In this document: positions 18,928-30,631 of the stretch, one piece after another
How positions within the stretch are numbered: position 1 is the first letter of the stretch
Layout of the letters: every line of letters starts with the position of its first letter
Origin: a virus
Taxonomy: Duplodnaviria > Caudoviricetes
Strand: one strand, 5' to 3'
Length of the DNA: 64,000 bases
IMG/VR virus record: IMGVR_UViG_3300020438_003185
Span: 322-64,321 of that record
Notes under the pieces: generated by a model
Databases searched by the model: none
What the model was told of the DNA's origin: nothing
What the model saw: the letters and a program-made list of their open reading frames with translations, nothing else
Translations under genes and position numbers: made by a program

Positions 18928-19693
18928 AATATCTTTTCATGCGCATCTGTTTTATCTAGAACCATCTATATATTTATTAGATAAAATAAAAAATAAATTT
19001 GATGGAAATATCTATTTATCTATGAATAGTAACGGAAAAAATAATGCAAAAATATTAGAACACGCCCAATCAATATTCACCAATGTGAAACATGTAATTG
19101 TAGAAAATGTTGGTAATGACCAGTATGGGTTTTTCCACAGCTTTCCTTTAAATACAGACGAAACAGATTGGGTATTTTACTGTCACGACAAAACCATAAA
19201 AAGAATAGATTGGCTAGATGAAATCATTGATCCAGTTATAGAATGCGAAAAGTTAGACAATTTACTAGACAATGATAACATAGGATTAGTAACGGTTGGA
19301 AACACTAAGCATCACATGCAAATGCATACTGAAGATTGTCTCACAAAGCTATCTAAATCTAAAAATTATTCGCATAGGTTAAAGATTGTACAGGCAAGAC
19401 ATACTTTAACTTGGTATAGAGAACTCCAGTATATCCTTCTGACTGATACTGGATTGATAAATACTGATAACTTAAATCCAGACTTTACTGCGGGCAATAT
19501 GTTCTTGGCTAGAAAACAAGTTGTCAAACTAACTCACGATTGTATTCACGAAAGTTTTTTTGAAAACTATTACAGAGAAGATGGTAACGTGGAACATGCT
19601 CTAGAAAGATTTTATTTTTACGTAACTACGTGTTTAAAATATAATAATTTTTTTATAGGACTAAAGGAAGAAGAAGAGGAAGAAAATGATTAA
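18911..19693 (+). CDS. RgpF (rhamnan synthesis F)-like protein
   Basis: HAHLFY, VENVGND, CHDK, FTAGNMF.AR, EHALER. Confidence 0.78.
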   Translation: MLDKNKISFHAHLFYLEPSIYLLDKIKNKFDGNIYLSMNSNGKNNAKILEHAQSIFTNVKHVIVENVGNDQYGFFHSFPLNTDETDWVFYCHDKTIKRIDWLDEIIDPVIECEKLDNLLDNDNIGLVTVGNTKHHMQMHTEDCLTKLSKSKNYSHRLKIVQARHTLTWYRELQYILLTDTGLINTDNLNPDFTAGNMFLARKQVVKLTHDCIHESFFENYYREDGNVEHALERFYFYVTTCLKYNNFFIGLKEEEEEEND

Positions 19694-20144
19694 CTTTGGT
19701 GTTTATATGAATTCTCTTGGCGACCCTACTTTGTCTAAAGATATATTTACAGAAATCAGTAGAGGTCTTGATGAAAATCTAATAGAGGATGCTAGTATTT
19801 TTTATGATCAAATTGGACATCTAGAAGATCCTGCTCCTTGTGGGCTGTTTCATTCTTCTGATTTATGGAATTTTGAAGGACATCTATTAGTTTTGTCCAT
19901 TAGTTCTGCGTTAAGAATAGTTAATATAGCTAATCATATACAGATTATACTGGGTTATGGTTGGGGGCAAAAAAACACGCTGGCTACACTAAAAATATTA
20001 GAAGATAAAAAAGTAAATACAATATGTCTTTCAGAAGATTTAGCTAATGATTTCTACAGAATAAGCGGAAGGCGGGCTATAGGTTATTCGTCAAACTTTA
20101 AAAACACAATTAACATGATTACGGACCAATACAATGATAAATGA
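19686..20144 (+). CDS. Hypothetical protein
   Basis: Coupled ORF closing the glycosylation cluster; alpha/beta pattern. Confidence 0.65.
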   Translation: MINFGVYMNSLGDPTLSKDIFTEISRGLDENLIEDASIFYDQIGHLEDPAPCGLFHSSDLWNFEGHLLVLSISSALRIVNIANHIQIILGYGWGQKNTLATLKILEDKKVNTICLSEDLANDFYRISGRRAIGYSSNFKNTINMITDQYNDK

Positions 20145-20904
20145 AAAAGAAATAGTTAAATTATATACAGATAAAAATAAAAGCACTTACGATCTTGCAA
20201 AAATGTATAGTACATATCCTAATAAAATTAGACGCATACTTGTTAAGCATGGCGTACAATTAAAAACAAAAAGCGAAGCACAAAAAAACGCCCTTGTTAG
20301 TGGTAAATCTAAGCTACCAACAGAGGGTAAGCATAGGACTAAAGAAGAAAGACTAAAGATTAGTTCTGGCCTTCAAAAAAGATGGCAAAACATAGATAAA
20401 GAAACATATGAAGCACATGTTAATAGGGCTAAATTAAGATGGGTTAATATGTCTCAAGAAGAAAAAAATAACATGACTCAAGCTGCGATCAAAGCTATAC
20501 AAATAGCTGGTAAAGAGGGGTCTAAGTTAGAAAAGTTTCTAAGAAATGAGTTTATGAAAAATGGTTTCAATGTACAGGTTCACACTAAAAATATTATACC
20601 AAATGAAAACTTGGAGATAGACCTGTACTTTCCCAATTTAAAGACTATAATAGAAATAGATGGGCCGTCACACTTTCTTCCAATCTGGGGCGAAGAGAAG
20701 TTGCAGAAACAAATAAAATCAGATTCTCATAAAACAGGGTTGATATTAGGAAAGGGATTTGCTATAATAAGAGTAAAACACCTGTCAGATTCTTTGTCAC
20801 TAAGTAATAGAGAAAAATTGAAAGATAGGCTTATTCAGATGTTGCGTGACATCCAAACCAAGTTTCCAAAAAAATCTCAAAGGTATATTGAAATTGAGGC
20901 ATGA
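20134..20904 (+). CDS. HTH + DUF559/Vsr-like endonuclease (possible free-standing homing endonuclease)
   Basis: N-terminal HTH (STYDLAK..TYPNKIRRIL), basic linker, SKLE, EIDLYFP..IIEIDG.SH. Confidence 0.72.
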   Translation: MINEKEIVKLYTDKNKSTYDLAKMYSTYPNKIRRILVKHGVQLKTKSEAQKNALVSGKSKLPTEGKHRTKEERLKISSGLQKRWQNIDKETYEAHVNRAKLRWVNMSQEEKNNMTQAAIKAIQIAGKEGSKLEKFLRNEFMKNGFNVQVHTKNIIPNENLEIDLYFPNLKTIIEIDGPSHFLPIWGEEKLQKQIKSDSHKTGLILGKGFAIIRVKHLSDSLSLSNREKLKDRLIQMLRDIQTKFPKKSQRYIEIEA

Positions 20905-20914
20905 AAGGACTAAT

Positions 20915-21685
20915 ATGATTGAAACAGAAGAAAACCTTTTCGCGGGAGTAGAAGAATTGCAAACACCATCAAATACAGATACATCAGTTAAAAATGTGTT
21001 ACTAGAAGATGCTCCATCTATGCTCTCACCAGAGTGGCATGAGTACGCTATGACGCTTTTTCAGGAAGATGAGCTGGTCAATGGTCATCCCCTCGTAACA
21101 GGGCTTAGAAGGGTTTCTGAGCTTGTTCTGGGACCAATGGCTTTTAGTGGTCCAACATGGGTAAAACCAACAGATCGCGACGATCATCACGGTAGGGCTA
21201 CGGTCATATTTACTATAGAATTTGCTAGCGGTCTGAGGTGTTCAGAAGTAGCAGATTCATGGGAGGGTAATACGGACGATATGTTTTGCGCATTTGCTGT
21301 GGCTATTGCCAGTACTAGAGCAGAAGCTAGAGCTTTACGCAAAGTATTAAAGATTAAGGGCGTAGCAGCAGAAGAGCTAACAAAGAAAGATACTGCTAAG
21401 ATTGTACGTGATATATCAAAGCAGAATAATAGTAGTGCGGGCGATTATGATGATACTGGTAGAATGAGCGATGCTCAGTATAATTTTATCGACATAAAAT
21501 GCAAGCAACTCAATGTAGATGGAGGGAAGTTATTTAAGGATATATTTAAAGTAGATCAGAATCGTAAAATTTCTAAAAAAGTCGCAAGTGAAATCATTGA
21601 TGTTCTTAATGATTATCAAAAAGACAAAAGCACAATACCACATGAAATTGTGGGATATAACCAAGAATGGAGAGAGATTAAATGA
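20915..21685 (+). CDS. Putative single-strand annealing protein (Rad52/Sak-like)
   Basis: GLRR...ATV.FTI...ADS...ASTRAEARALRK core and a SDAQ.NFI C-terminal motif; AAGGA RBS before ATG 20915. Confidence 0.5.
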   Translation: MIETEENLFAGVEELQTPSNTDTSVKNVLLEDAPSMLSPEWHEYAMTLFQEDELVNGHPLVTGLRRVSELVLGPMAFSGPTWVKPTDRDDHHGRATVIFTIEFASGLRCSEVADSWEGNTDDMFCAFAVAIASTRAEARALRKVLKIKGVAAEELTKKDTAKIVRDISKQNNSSAGDYDDTGRMSDAQYNFIDIKCKQLNVDGGKLFKDIFKVDQNRKISKKVASEIIDVLNDYQKDKSTIPHEIVGYNQEWREIK

Positions 21686-22017
21686 AGTTAAATTATACAA
21701 CAGCAAATAAAAGAATCACAGCAGAGTTTGACGCAGACACTCACAGAGAGTTGTTTACTCAAATATCAAAATTTCAAGAAATATTTGAAGAGACCAAGTG
21801 TGGTAAATGTGGTTCTGAAAATCTTAGATTTGTAGTTAGAACTGTAGACGAAAATGAATACTACGAATTACGATGCGTGGACTGTGGAGCCAAGCTTGCG
21901 TTTGGTTCTATGAAGAAGGGTGGAGGCTTGTTCCCTAAACGCAAGGATGCTGATAATAATTGGCTACCAGACGGAGGTTGGCAGAAGTGGAATCCAAAGA
22001 CTAAGACTGTAGAATAA
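21682..22017 (+). CDS. Zinc-ribbon hypothetical protein
   Basis: CGKC...CVDC; ATGA-coupled to the previous gene. Confidence 0.75.
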   Translation: MKLNYTTANKRITAEFDADTHRELFTQISKFQEIFEETKCGKCGSENLRFVVRTVDENEYYELRCVDCGAKLAFGSMKKGGGLFPKRKDADNNWLPDGGWQKWNPKTKTVE

Positions 22018-22049
22018 AGATATAGGAAACTCTTTTATTCTTTCAGCAG

Positions 22050-22080
22050 GAGAGGGGTGAGAAATCACCCCTCTCTTCTT
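22050..22080. terminator. Hairpin terminator at the convergence of the two gene arms
   Basis: Perfect 11-bp stem GAGAGGGGTGA-GAAA-TCACCCCTCTC followed by TTCTT. Confidence 0.8.
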
Positions 22081-22840
22081 ATAGATACTCTACGCTAAAG
22101 TATAATGCATAATCTTCAGCGCTACCAATAGCAGTAGGCTTTGCGCTTATAGCAAGATACCAATCGTGTCGTAACGATCTATGCGTACTACCCTCTTGAT
22201 TGAAACCAGCGATTGCATTTAGCGATGCGTCATTTGAATTTGTGTTTAGACCGCTAACGCCCGGAGACTCAGTAAGATAAAAATCTTCAAGAGGTTTAAC
22301 ATCTAGCGCTTGATTTTCTGAATTGTTTGCATAACCCTTTTCAAAAACAAACCACTTGTCTTCACTCCACACGGTACTTCGATGAAGCATTTTGTTGCTA
22401 TTGCCAAAACTACCAGTTCTATTTCTCACATCGTATACATAAGTTGTAACACCTGATGCATGATTGTTAATATTATTTCTATCAAAAATTCTTAATTTTG
22501 GATTTTTAGTCATCACTTGTGTGTCGTGAGTAAATCTAATATTTAAAGGAGCTGCATATGAAGGCAAATCAGTGAGATCATAAGTTGCGCCGGGAGCTAG
22601 ATTAGATTGAACAGACCCCGGAGTAGCCACCTGAGAACCAGTAAATTTAGTATTATTAACAGCAGTGCCTTCAGCTGTTCCATTTTGATTTGTGACAAAT
22701 GTTGTATCTTGAGTGTTAGTAAGAGCAACAGAAATGCCATGAGCTGATCCATAAAATCCTAGACCACTACCAGTAGTGTGATTAATTAATGTAGATGTTT
22801 CTGCGGCATCAACATTAGCATAAAATTTTATCTCTGCCAT
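22079..22840 (-). CDS. Putative virion structural protein
   Basis: Start moved to MAEIKFY (22840) behind a CAGGAG RBS; beta-rich, T/N/G/S-rich. Confidence 0.7.
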   Translation of the reverse strand: MAEIKFYANVDAAETSTLINHTTGSGLGFYGSAHGISVALTNTQDTTFVTNQNGTAEGTAVNNTKFTGSQVATPGSVQSNLAPGATYDLTDLPSYAAPLNIRFTHDTQVMTKNPKLRIFDRNNINNHASGVTTYVYDVRNRTGSFGNSNKMLHRSTVWSEDKWFVFEKGYANNSENQALDVKPLEDFYLTESPGVSGLNTNSNDASLNAIAGFNQEGSTHRSLRHDWYLAISAKPTAIGSAEDYALYFSVEYL

Positions 22841-22871
22841 TATAAGAATCTCCTGTTTTTGGGGGCTGTCT

Positions 22872-22889
22872 GTAATATATACACGAAAA
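22872..22889 (-). promoter_or_regulatory. Candidate phage late promoter TTTTCGTGTATATATTAC
   Basis: Directly after the upstream stop codon; near copy at 57833-57848. Confidence 0.5.
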
Positions 22890-24398
22890 TCAGTTAATCT
22901 CAATCGTAATATGTCGAATTGCCTGCGTAACAGCTGTTTGCTGACCAAAACCTTGTTGTCGAGGATTTATGCCAGCGTCACTATGAAAGAAGAAAAATAT
23001 GTCATAAGCTCCCGGCAATGGAGCGTCCTCATTGGGAATAACTGCTAGATTAGAAGTTTTTGTACCCTCTCTAACGCCGGTTGTACCGTCTGCTCTAATA
23101 CTTAATCTCTTGATATACGCTCTTTGTATCGGACCTTCTAGAGTAACATTTTGATAAATCAAGCCTTCGTCCCAAGTTATTTTACAAGCTTTGCTTGCAG
23201 AGGGTGATCTGAAGTTAAGAGAAAATCCACCCTCTCCAGAAAAAACCAATGGGTCAAGTTTGCCTCTTTTTTCATCTATTATTTTAATATGACTGACTTC
23301 GCCCTCTCCTGACACACTGGTAACTTCTAGTTCTATGCCATACTCAGCGCTTGTTAGTTTATCTCCAACAACAAATCCTTTACCTCCTCTTGCTACATCA
23401 TAACCGTCGTTAATTCCGCAAGACTTAACTGCATTTGAATAACCACCAGTAACTAATTGTCCCCTTAATCCAGTATTTGTTGTTACTGAATCGGAGGTTT
23501 CTTTAGCATTTGAACTATTAACAACAAAACCTAGTTCTTTATTAACTTCTTCTACATCTAAATTTGTATTATCGAAATCTGGCGTAACATGCAATGGACA
23601 AAAATATTGCCCAAGCATAAGCGTACATGATTCGGGCCAAGCGTCCCAAACTTGAGAATGAAGACAGGCAGTTCCAAAGCTATGCAATCCGTTTTCTGAA
23701 GATCCCCAAGCAGGATAATATCTTGTTTGTGGTTGTACATAATTACTTGTGCCAATATTGAGGCCACCTATTGTACTGACAACAGATTGAGAAAAACCAA
23801 AACTAGTTATCGTACCAACCATTCCTATGCTTTCATCGGTTGTTACATTGATTGTTCCACCAGCAGGAACATAAACTCTTAGACGAGAAACAATAATTCC
23901 TACACAATTAGATCCATCACCAGCTGGTGATCCAGTGTTTTCAAAAGCAGACCAAACACCCATAGGGCTAGAAATAGCATCTTTAGTGCAGTACAAATCA
24001 TATTTATGCCCCGCTCCACCTTCGCCAGCCGTAGTGTATACGTTTCCCGCAGTGGGCGTTCCTAGTGTAGCCTCACTGCCATTTCTTGAACTAAAACCAG
24101 AAGATTTTGTGAAAGTACCTGTAGGCGTTCCGTAAGATTTGCCATCTACGGCTAACACTTGAGAGTGATCCTGAAAAAATCTACAAGTTAATACTCTATT
24201 AAAATAATTACCAGCTGCTGGCATATTTCCAGCAGTAGCATTGTTATCATGTATTCCAACAAACTCTGGACCAATTGGTATAAAACTCACCCTATTAGGA
24301 TTAGAAGGTCTATATCCAAATGTTGATGAAGATCGTCTATACGTTCCAGATATTAGTTCGCTGCCATCAGCCCATCTGGGATAAATTTTACTTGACAA
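22890..24398 (-). CDS. Putative tail-associated structural protein
   Basis: 502 aa, G/S/T-rich, TTG start with AAGGAG; GGKGFVVGDKL...VTSVSGEGEV beta motif of the kind seen in tail/baseplate proteins. Confidence 0.65.
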   Translation of the reverse strand: MSSKIYPRWADGSELISGTYRRSSSTFGYRPSNPNRVSFIPIGPEFVGIHDNNATAGNMPAAGNYFNRVLTCRFFQDHSQVLAVDGKSYGTPTGTFTKSSGFSSRNGSEATLGTPTAGNVYTTAGEGGAGHKYDLYCTKDAISSPMGVWSAFENTGSPAGDGSNCVGIIVSRLRVYVPAGGTINVTTDESIGMVGTITSFGFSQSVVSTIGGLNIGTSNYVQPQTRYYPAWGSSENGLHSFGTACLHSQVWDAWPESCTLMLGQYFCPLHVTPDFDNTNLDVEEVNKELGFVVNSSNAKETSDSVTTNTGLRGQLVTGGYSNAVKSCGINDGYDVARGGKGFVVGDKLTSAEYGIELEVTSVSGEGEVSHIKIIDEKRGKLDPLVFSGEGGFSLNFRSPSASKACKITWDEGLIYQNVTLEGPIQRAYIKRLSIRADGTTGVREGTKTSNLAVIPNEDAPLPGAYDIFFFFHSDAGINPRQQGFGQQTAVTQAIRHITIEIN

Positions 24399-24423
24399 TT
24401 TTTATCTCCTTTAATAATAATCT

Positions 24424-26526
24424 TTATGAACTTGGTGGGTGTGGTGTAGCTTGAGTTGGAGCTGGGGATGGACCAGACGTTGTTCCCACAACAGGCGTGA
24501 CGCTTGGTGGTCGCGGACCAACTGTTGGCAGAGTGGTAGGAGCCACGGTAGGTACAGTAGGAGCAGGCGATGGTGATGGTGATGGAGTTGGTGATACTGA
24601 TGGGGTTGGTGATGGTGATAGACTTGGAGTTGGTGATGGTGATGCACTTGGAGTTTGTGATGGTGATACACTTGGAGTTGGTGATGCTGATGGGGTTGGT
24701 GATGGTGATACACTTGGAGTTTGTGATGGTGATACACTTGGAGTTGGTGATGGTGATGCACTTGGAGTTGGTGGCGCTGAAGACGAAGTACCGGACTCGT
24801 AAGGAGCTTGCATACCCTGTATAAAAGAACCAGCACCACCATTAATGGAATCAGTCCAAAAAGAATATCCAAAAGCACTGCCTTCTGCTTCATCACCTCC
24901 ATCACCTGCGTTTCCCCCAAGATCTGACTTTTTCTTAATCCTACTTTCGACAATCTTAAGAAGTTTATTAGACATGGTAGAACCAGTATCATTACAAGCT
25001 TTAGCAATTGCTAATGTATTTTCTAGAGGTGATGTCCAAGAAGTAGTAGGGTCAGGATAGTCACCAGATATACCAATGTCTGCCGGTACGTTAAAACTTC
25101 CCGTCATAGTATTATAACCTTCAGGAAAAGATGGACCCCACCAAATTCCAAACTCATCAAAATCATCAAACCTGCTACCTCCTCCGGTATCATTAACTTC
25201 AATATTACATCTATGTATAAAGCCTTCGCTGCCTCCAAAACCTCCCCAACTAGATTTAGCCAAGTCAAAGCTAGAAAGTTGTACATAAGGATGAAATTTT
25301 ACATTCGCGCCAGATTCACTGTTCCATCTCTTTTTTATGTTAGCTAAAGCCATTGCAGGTGTCACTCTGCCATAGGGGGATTCTTTGTCTCGAAAAAATT
25401 CATCAGAACTTGCTGTATACATCCAAAATGTCCAAGATCCTAAACCTATAGCTCTTGTAGCCTGCACTGGTAGCTCTTCTTTTTCTAAGAACTTTTGTAT
25501 TATCCACTCTCCATCAATGTGTGTACATAAAACTAAAAGTCCGCTTTTAAAATCAATGTCACTTCTATTAACAACTCTTATAGCTTCTAGTTTCTTTTTT
25601 TGACTACTCTCAGTAACAGCTTCACCATCAGTCTCGTCAGTATTATTCTGTTGGGTTCCATCTATTTGAATTAAATTAGGACCAAAGGCATGTGGATTAC
25701 CAGACTTTACGCTAAACGGGACTGCCAACCCAGTTGTAAAAGAAGAGTTATAATAATCACCACTAGTTGCATAAAAATCGTTGTCATTGTAACCTGCTTC
25801 CAGTTCCGTTTCGCTAATATTAAAATCGTCAACAGCTGCTGCCTGAACGTCTGTTATTAGTCTAGCTAATATTGGAGCGTTACTTTCAAAGCAACCAATA
25901 GATTCATTATAATGTATTTTCAAGGGGGCTGTGACCGCATGTTTTTCATCAATGTGTCTATGCTGTATATCAATATAAGTTCCAACATTATTGCTACGAT
26001 GTTCGGATTCAGTATAACCATAAGAATACATACCACCAGTGCTTCTTCTAGGATTATCTGTTATTATAGGCGCTCCTTTTTCAGTTAAAATTCTAGAGTT
26101 ACTATGAGTTCCAATGTCAAAGACGTAGCACTTAACAGCTCCAAAGTCAACGCAACCTCCAACGCTTTTCATTATGTCGAGCAATTGTCCAAATTCTTGT
26201 TCGTTATCAAAAGTTTTACTATATGACTCAAAGTTTTTTAACATAGAAACTAAAGCAGAAGCACCGACAGTCCCATATACATATTCATCTCCATTCCAAT
26301 AGCTGTAAGACCCAGTAGAATTTCCACCAGCATAAGTGACAGGATTATTAGAACTAGAATTAGGCGCACCACACTGTTTAGAAAATGAAGTTGTTTTAAA
26401 TTCTGCAAAACCATCAACTGAAAAAGCACCAACTCCTTGACGAACAAGGCTTGCGTTTGAAAAAACAAACACATGATTATCGCCACTTTTTGAAAAAATA
26501 TTTCCTGAATTCACGACACCCTCCAA
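24424..26526 (-). CDS. Putative virion protein with a C-terminal Pro/Ser/Thr-rich tail
   Basis: 700 aa; the last ~120 aa are SPS(P/Q)TP repeats and P/T-rich sequence. Confidence 0.7.
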   Translation of the reverse strand: MEGVVNSGNIFSKSGDNHVFVFSNASLVRQGVGAFSVDGFAEFKTTSFSKQCGAPNSSSNNPVTYAGGNSTGSYSYWNGDEYVYGTVGASALVSMLKNFESYSKTFDNEQEFGQLLDIMKSVGGCVDFGAVKCYVFDIGTHSNSRILTEKGAPIITDNPRRSTGGMYSYGYTESEHRSNNVGTYIDIQHRHIDEKHAVTAPLKIHYNESIGCFESNAPILARLITDVQAAAVDDFNISETELEAGYNDNDFYATSGDYYNSSFTTGLAVPFSVKSGNPHAFGPNLIQIDGTQQNNTDETDGEAVTESSQKKKLEAIRVVNRSDIDFKSGLLVLCTHIDGEWIIQKFLEKEELPVQATRAIGLGSWTFWMYTASSDEFFRDKESPYGRVTPAMALANIKKRWNSESGANVKFHPYVQLSSFDLAKSSWGGFGGSEGFIHRCNIEVNDTGGGSRFDDFDEFGIWWGPSFPEGYNTMTGSFNVPADIGISGDYPDPTTSWTSPLENTLAIAKACNDTGSTMSNKLLKIVESRIKKKSDLGGNAGDGGDEAEGSAFGYSFWTDSINGGAGSFIQGMQAPYESGTSSSAPPTPSASPSPTPSVSPSQTPSVSPSPTPSASPTPSVSPSQTPSASPSPTPSLSPSPTPSVSPTPSPSPSPAPTVPTVAPTTLPTVGPRPPSVTPVVGTTSGPSPAPTQATPHPPSS
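24566..24775. repeat. Imperfect coding tandem repeat (24-nt and 18-nt units)
   Basis: Unit GATGGTGAT(A/G)CACTTGGAGTT(G/T)GT on +, encoding (P/Q)TPS(V/A)SPS on -. Confidence 0.9.
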
Positions 26527-29500
26527 TATGTAATTTGTTCCGTTGTGTAATCATCCTCAAACTCATAAAAATGTAAATTAGTTTTAAAGTTTGTAGGATT
26601 TTTACTAGCCATGTTTTTATGTGGCTCTAATGATGCTGGCTGTTTAAAATCTTCTAAAGAACACTGCACACTATTATAGTATTGACGAGATAAATTTTCA
26701 GTAGAATTTGCTAATTTTGGCAATCCAGCTTCTAAATCTTCACCACTTAAAACAGATGAGCTAAACTGAGTTCCATTAACAACGCTACCATCATCTGTAA
26801 GAACCCGAGTACTTGGATTAGCAGTAACCGTAAATTTATTAGGAGGCACAGCGCTAGCTTGACTTTCTGCATTAGAAAAGTCTTTACCCATAGACATATA
26901 AGTATCTCTAATAGTTTGTTGCATCTGGTGGTAATTCTGATTAGTTGAATTTTTGCCCATATCTTTTCTTTCTAAGGCATTCCTTTCATCTTCTAGTTTT
27001 TGCGTAAGTCTTCCTATTCTAGATATTTTTTCTTGTTTAGATTTTAACATCTTACCAAAAGATGCTGTAAACAAATCCATTTTGTAAATAGTCTGTATGC
27101 CACCCGTGCTAACATCTACATTTATGGAAGTAATTAAAGGACCGCCCTCACCCTCCAAGGGTTGTCCTAACATATATCCACCCAATGGACCACTAGCAAA
27201 AGTAACAGAGCCTCTTTCAGATGTAATTTGGTAAGAAGAGCCAAGGGTTGCTATAGTAGACCCAGCACTATTCATATTTTTATATCCACCATAATTCCAA
27301 GGCACTAGGCTTTCATCTTTTACAAATTCAACATTCCCACCAACATCACCATCTGGATTTGCGTTGGCATCGTTTGTTAACCAAGGACCATAAGAATGAT
27401 TGTGAGCCAAGGGTATAGATGTTCTATCTGGATAAACTGGAGATGGGGAAAATGTTCTTATTTTATTAGGGAGACTATATGTTAAATTTGACATACTTTT
27501 ATTTAAAGCTCCATCAAAATTATCATTATTTAAAACTTCTTCTGGAGCATCAGCAGAAACTCCAAAGTTTAACTTCTTTGTTGGCCCTGCTTGGGCGACA
27601 CCCGGATTTGCAAAAAGTGGAACAACATCTGCTTGTAAAGCATGTTTTAATCCTAAGTTGCTATGCTCTTCACAATTTTTATACGCACTACTTCTAGTTG
27701 CGGCAACTCTAGAAGGAAGCGTTATCAAAGCATATACGTAGTTAATATCATATTTAAAATTTGGCTGAACAGTCTCACCGGCATGTAAATAATCTAGGTC
27801 CATCGAGCTACAAAATATTGAACCTACGTTTTCTGTGGTAACAGAGTACACAGTTTCATTTGACGGTTGATAACTTTTTGTTTCACCCGTTTTCTTATCT
27901 ATATATTTTATCGGTCTTCTTTCGTAACTATTAGCAGAATAACCACCGTAATAATTTTTAATTACTTGCCCTGTAAACTTTGGGGGCATATAAAGTTTAT
28001 TGTCTAAAGTACATTTAACAAAGGCTGTACTGCTTGTACCGGATTTAGGGTTGGCAAATTTATTGGCCTTAGAACCACTAATAGTATTATTAATATCACT
28101 TGTATTATCAAATCCAACAAAATCAGATTCATATTCACCATTAGCATTATCAAAGATTTCTTGTGTAAAAGTATCTTTTGAAAAACCACTAAAATCTAAT
28201 TCTTGACTGTTATCAAATCTAGCATAACAAAGAATTCTACCACTACTACCCGATATAGCTTTAATGTCATTAGGCAACATGTGTGATTTACCTAAATTTA
28301 CCATCGAGTCCTGTGCAGGATAACCACCAAGGGGTTCTGGAGTATAATTATATTTAAATTGATTTGTTATAGGGTCTTTATTTACTTTTAACTTCTGATC
28401 TTCTCGGAAAGTAAAGTTTTTTGAAGACGCAATACCAAAAGATACAAAATCATTCTCTCTATCTTGAGCTTCAGTTTGCGGAAGGCGTATTAAAAACTTT
28501 TTACCTAAACAATCTCTGGCTATACTGTTAACAAAATTATAAACACGTTGAGCATTAGCTACTCCTCTCTTGCCTACTGCTTGAGCTTCAGCGTTATATG
28601 CTATTGCGGTTTCATTTGCGTGTTCTATAAAAGAAAAATTACCATTTTTTAGAGCTGCCTTTATCTTATCATAAAACGTTTTTTCTTCGTCGGTTAAAAA
28701 ACTAGTGTTCATATCTTCTAACCTGTCTAACGCAGCGTCTACTATTACAGAGGTTTCGCCAGTTTCTCCATCAGCGAAGCCTCCAGTTATACTTATAATT
28801 TTAGTGTTAAAAGCTTGAGACGACACAACGCTACCAGCAGCAAAACCTATAGAAGAAGCTCTTCTATAATATAGTGGAAATCCATAAGGTGGGTGGCAAG
28901 GGTTTTTCCCTATACCAGTATTAAATGCATTTTCTTTATTAATTGGTGGAATTGCACACCTTGGAACTGTTACTTTATACTCAGAGTCCCCTTCAGCATA
29001 AGACTTAACGTCGCCATCAGCTATTGGTTCCATCCATAGTTGTTCGTAATATACTAAAAAACTTCTCCAAGTTTGATAATCTTTTAAAGCGGCTCTCATT
29101 TCCATCTCTGTAGCAACGTAATAGTTACCAACACCTTCAGCATAAAAACCAGTTGCATCTAACATTATCTGTTGATAATCGCCATCACCTACTGGAACGG
29201 TAACACCTCTATTATTTATTAATCCATAATAAGGTATTATGTTGCTATGTAAAAGGTTGTTAGGCTTCCAAGTGGCTGTATTATCAATAGCGTTTCTTTC
29301 TTGAGATCCATGTTTAACGGGGTGATTTTCTACCACATTACCACCAACAACAAATTTATCGGTTGTGCTATTATTAACTTCATACCCTAAGTCGCTAGAT
29401 TTAACGGCTACACTTTTTGATTCTAAATATGTTATAAATCTTCTTATAGAACTTAAATTGTAAGGGGTGCTTCTGTCTTGTGTTATTACTTTTATTACTC

Positions 29501-30617
29501 CTGCTGGATCTCCATCAGTACCCATTTTACTAGTACCCGGATGATCTAAACACGGCAAAAGAACAACTAACATTTCATGATTTAATTCATCACATATTTC
29601 TTGAACAAAGTCTAATAATGATATACTATCGTAGTCTATATATTTAAGAGGAGGCAACAAAGGAACGTCACTAAGATCAACAGCATAATTCAAATTTCTA
29701 AATTTTACAGTTCCTCCGAAACCTTGTAGATTTTCAGGAATTGTTCCATAGTGTCCAAACAAAGCATTAATTCCTTGCGCTACTCTGTAAAAAGGTATAC
29801 CTCTTTCGTTTCTTCTGGAAAAACCAGTTCCCGTATAAGGTCTAGGACTAAGTGCGCCATTGCCATATTTGCTTGGTTTGCTAGAGTTGATTGAATTAAA
29901 TCTAAAACCAAAAATTTGTTCAAAAGAACCAGACTCAAACCCCGGTATTCCTTGCATATCGCAACCTTGTAAGTCACCAATTTCCACATCTGTTCCATCC
30001 GTATATATACTGTCGTTAGACTTTCGTAATCTATTTTCTCCCTTAAGATCATTATCAGTGTAATCATTAGTATTATGTTCAAGAAAGCCAAACACATTTA
30101 AAATATTTGATTGACCTTGACTAACGCCTGAGAAATTATTCAAGACCAACTTTACATTTGCAAGTATTTCTCTAGGATCTGTTAGTGCTACAGAAAATAA
30201 GGGCAGTCCGTCTGGGGATTTAGTTCTTACATAAGATTGTAATATACCGCCAAAAAGAAAATGATTTTTATCTACACTACTCGCCGTACTCCTTTTGTAA
30301 TAAACATCTAGCATATGTTTATAAACAGAAGTGATTGGTCTAAACTTACTACCCATAGAGAAAAATACAGGACTACCAGCAGGAGGTGGAGCAAAATCAT
30401 CCGCTGTGCCATTATGATAAACATCTTGACCACTTCCTTTTCCAGTGCCATCCCCTAAGTTATCTTTATCTACAACAAGCTCTACATTTAAAGTAGAAGA
30501 AGTATCGCCAAAACCAGCATTAGCAGAAAAAGATCTAACAGAAGCCCCTAGAAAGGTCTGTTGATCTATATGCATAGAGGGATAACTAGCAAATGATTCA
30601 AATTCATTAGTAGGCAT
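26511..30617 (-). CDS. Large tail tip/hub-like protein
   Basis: 1368 aa downstream of the tape measure; beta-rich N-terminus, C-terminal [15 protein letters not shown] strand motif and a coiled coil. Positional inference. Confidence 0.6.
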   Translation of the reverse strand: MPTNEFESFASYPSMHIDQQTFLGASVRSFSANAGFGDTSSTLNVELVVDKDNLGDGTGKGSGQDVYHNGTADDFAPPPAGSPVFFSMGSKFRPITSVYKHMLDVYYKRSTASSVDKNHFLFGGILQSYVRTKSPDGLPLFSVALTDPREILANVKLVLNNFSGVSQGQSNILNVFGFLEHNTNDYTDNDLKGENRLRKSNDSIYTDGTDVEIGDLQGCDMQGIPGFESGSFEQIFGFRFNSINSSKPSKYGNGALSPRPYTGTGFSRRNERGIPFYRVAQGINALFGHYGTIPENLQGFGGTVKFRNLNYAVDLSDVPLLPPLKYIDYDSISLLDFVQEICDELNHEMLVVLLPCLDHPGTSKMGTDGDPAGVIKVITQDRSTPYNLSSIRRFITYLESKSVAVKSSDLGYEVNNSTTDKFVVGGNVVENHPVKHGSQERNAIDNTATWKPNNLLHSNIIPYYGLINNRGVTVPVGDGDYQQIMLDATGFYAEGVGNYYVATEMEMRAALKDYQTWRSFLVYYEQLWMEPIADGDVKSYAEGDSEYKVTVPRCAIPPINKENAFNTGIGKNPCHPPYGFPLYYRRASSIGFAAGSVVSSQAFNTKIISITGGFADGETGETSVIVDAALDRLEDMNTSFLTDEEKTFYDKIKAALKNGNFSFIEHANETAIAYNAEAQAVGKRGVANAQRVYNFVNSIARDCLGKKFLIRLPQTEAQDRENDFVSFGIASSKNFTFREDQKLKVNKDPITNQFKYNYTPEPLGGYPAQDSMVNLGKSHMLPNDIKAISGSSGRILCYARFDNSQELDFSGFSKDTFTQEIFDNANGEYESDFVGFDNTSDINNTISGSKANKFANPKSGTSSTAFVKCTLDNKLYMPPKFTGQVIKNYYGGYSANSYERRPIKYIDKKTGETKSYQPSNETVYSVTTENVGSIFCSSMDLDYLHAGETVQPNFKYDINYVYALITLPSRVAATRSSAYKNCEEHSNLGLKHALQADVVPLFANPGVAQAGPTKKLNFGVSADAPEEVLNNDNFDGALNKSMSNLTYSLPNKIRTFSPSPVYPDRTSIPLAHNHSYGPWLTNDANANPDGDVGGNVEFVKDESLVPWNYGGYKNMNSAGSTIATLGSSYQITSERGSVTFASGPLGGYMLGQPLEGEGGPLITSINVDVSTGGIQTIYKMDLFTASFGKMLKSKQEKISRIGRLTQKLEDERNALERKDMGKNSTNQNYHQMQQTIRDTYMSMGKDFSNAESQASAVPPNKFTVTANPSTRVLTDDGSVVNGTQFSSSVLSGEDLEAGLPKLANSTENLSRQYYNSVQCSLEDFKQPASLEPHKNMASKNPTNFKTNLHFYEFEDDYTTEQITYWRVS

Positions 30618-30631
30618 AATATTTTCCTATT

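Noticed and set aside
22841-22948. N-terminal extension of the 22079 ORF given in the track (similarly 20846-20914, 16612-16629, 59422-59436)
   Set aside because: These extensions overlap upstream genes; downstream ATGs have a good RBS or stop-start coupling.
24566-24775. Possible CRISPR array
   Set aside because: Units are contiguous multiples of 3 nt with no unique spacers; this is a coding repeat.
24411-25007. His/Gln-rich ORF (-) and the GDGD and MVMV ORFs (+) over the same region
   Set aside because: Alternative-frame and antisense shadows of the SPT tandem repeat inside the 700-aa gene.
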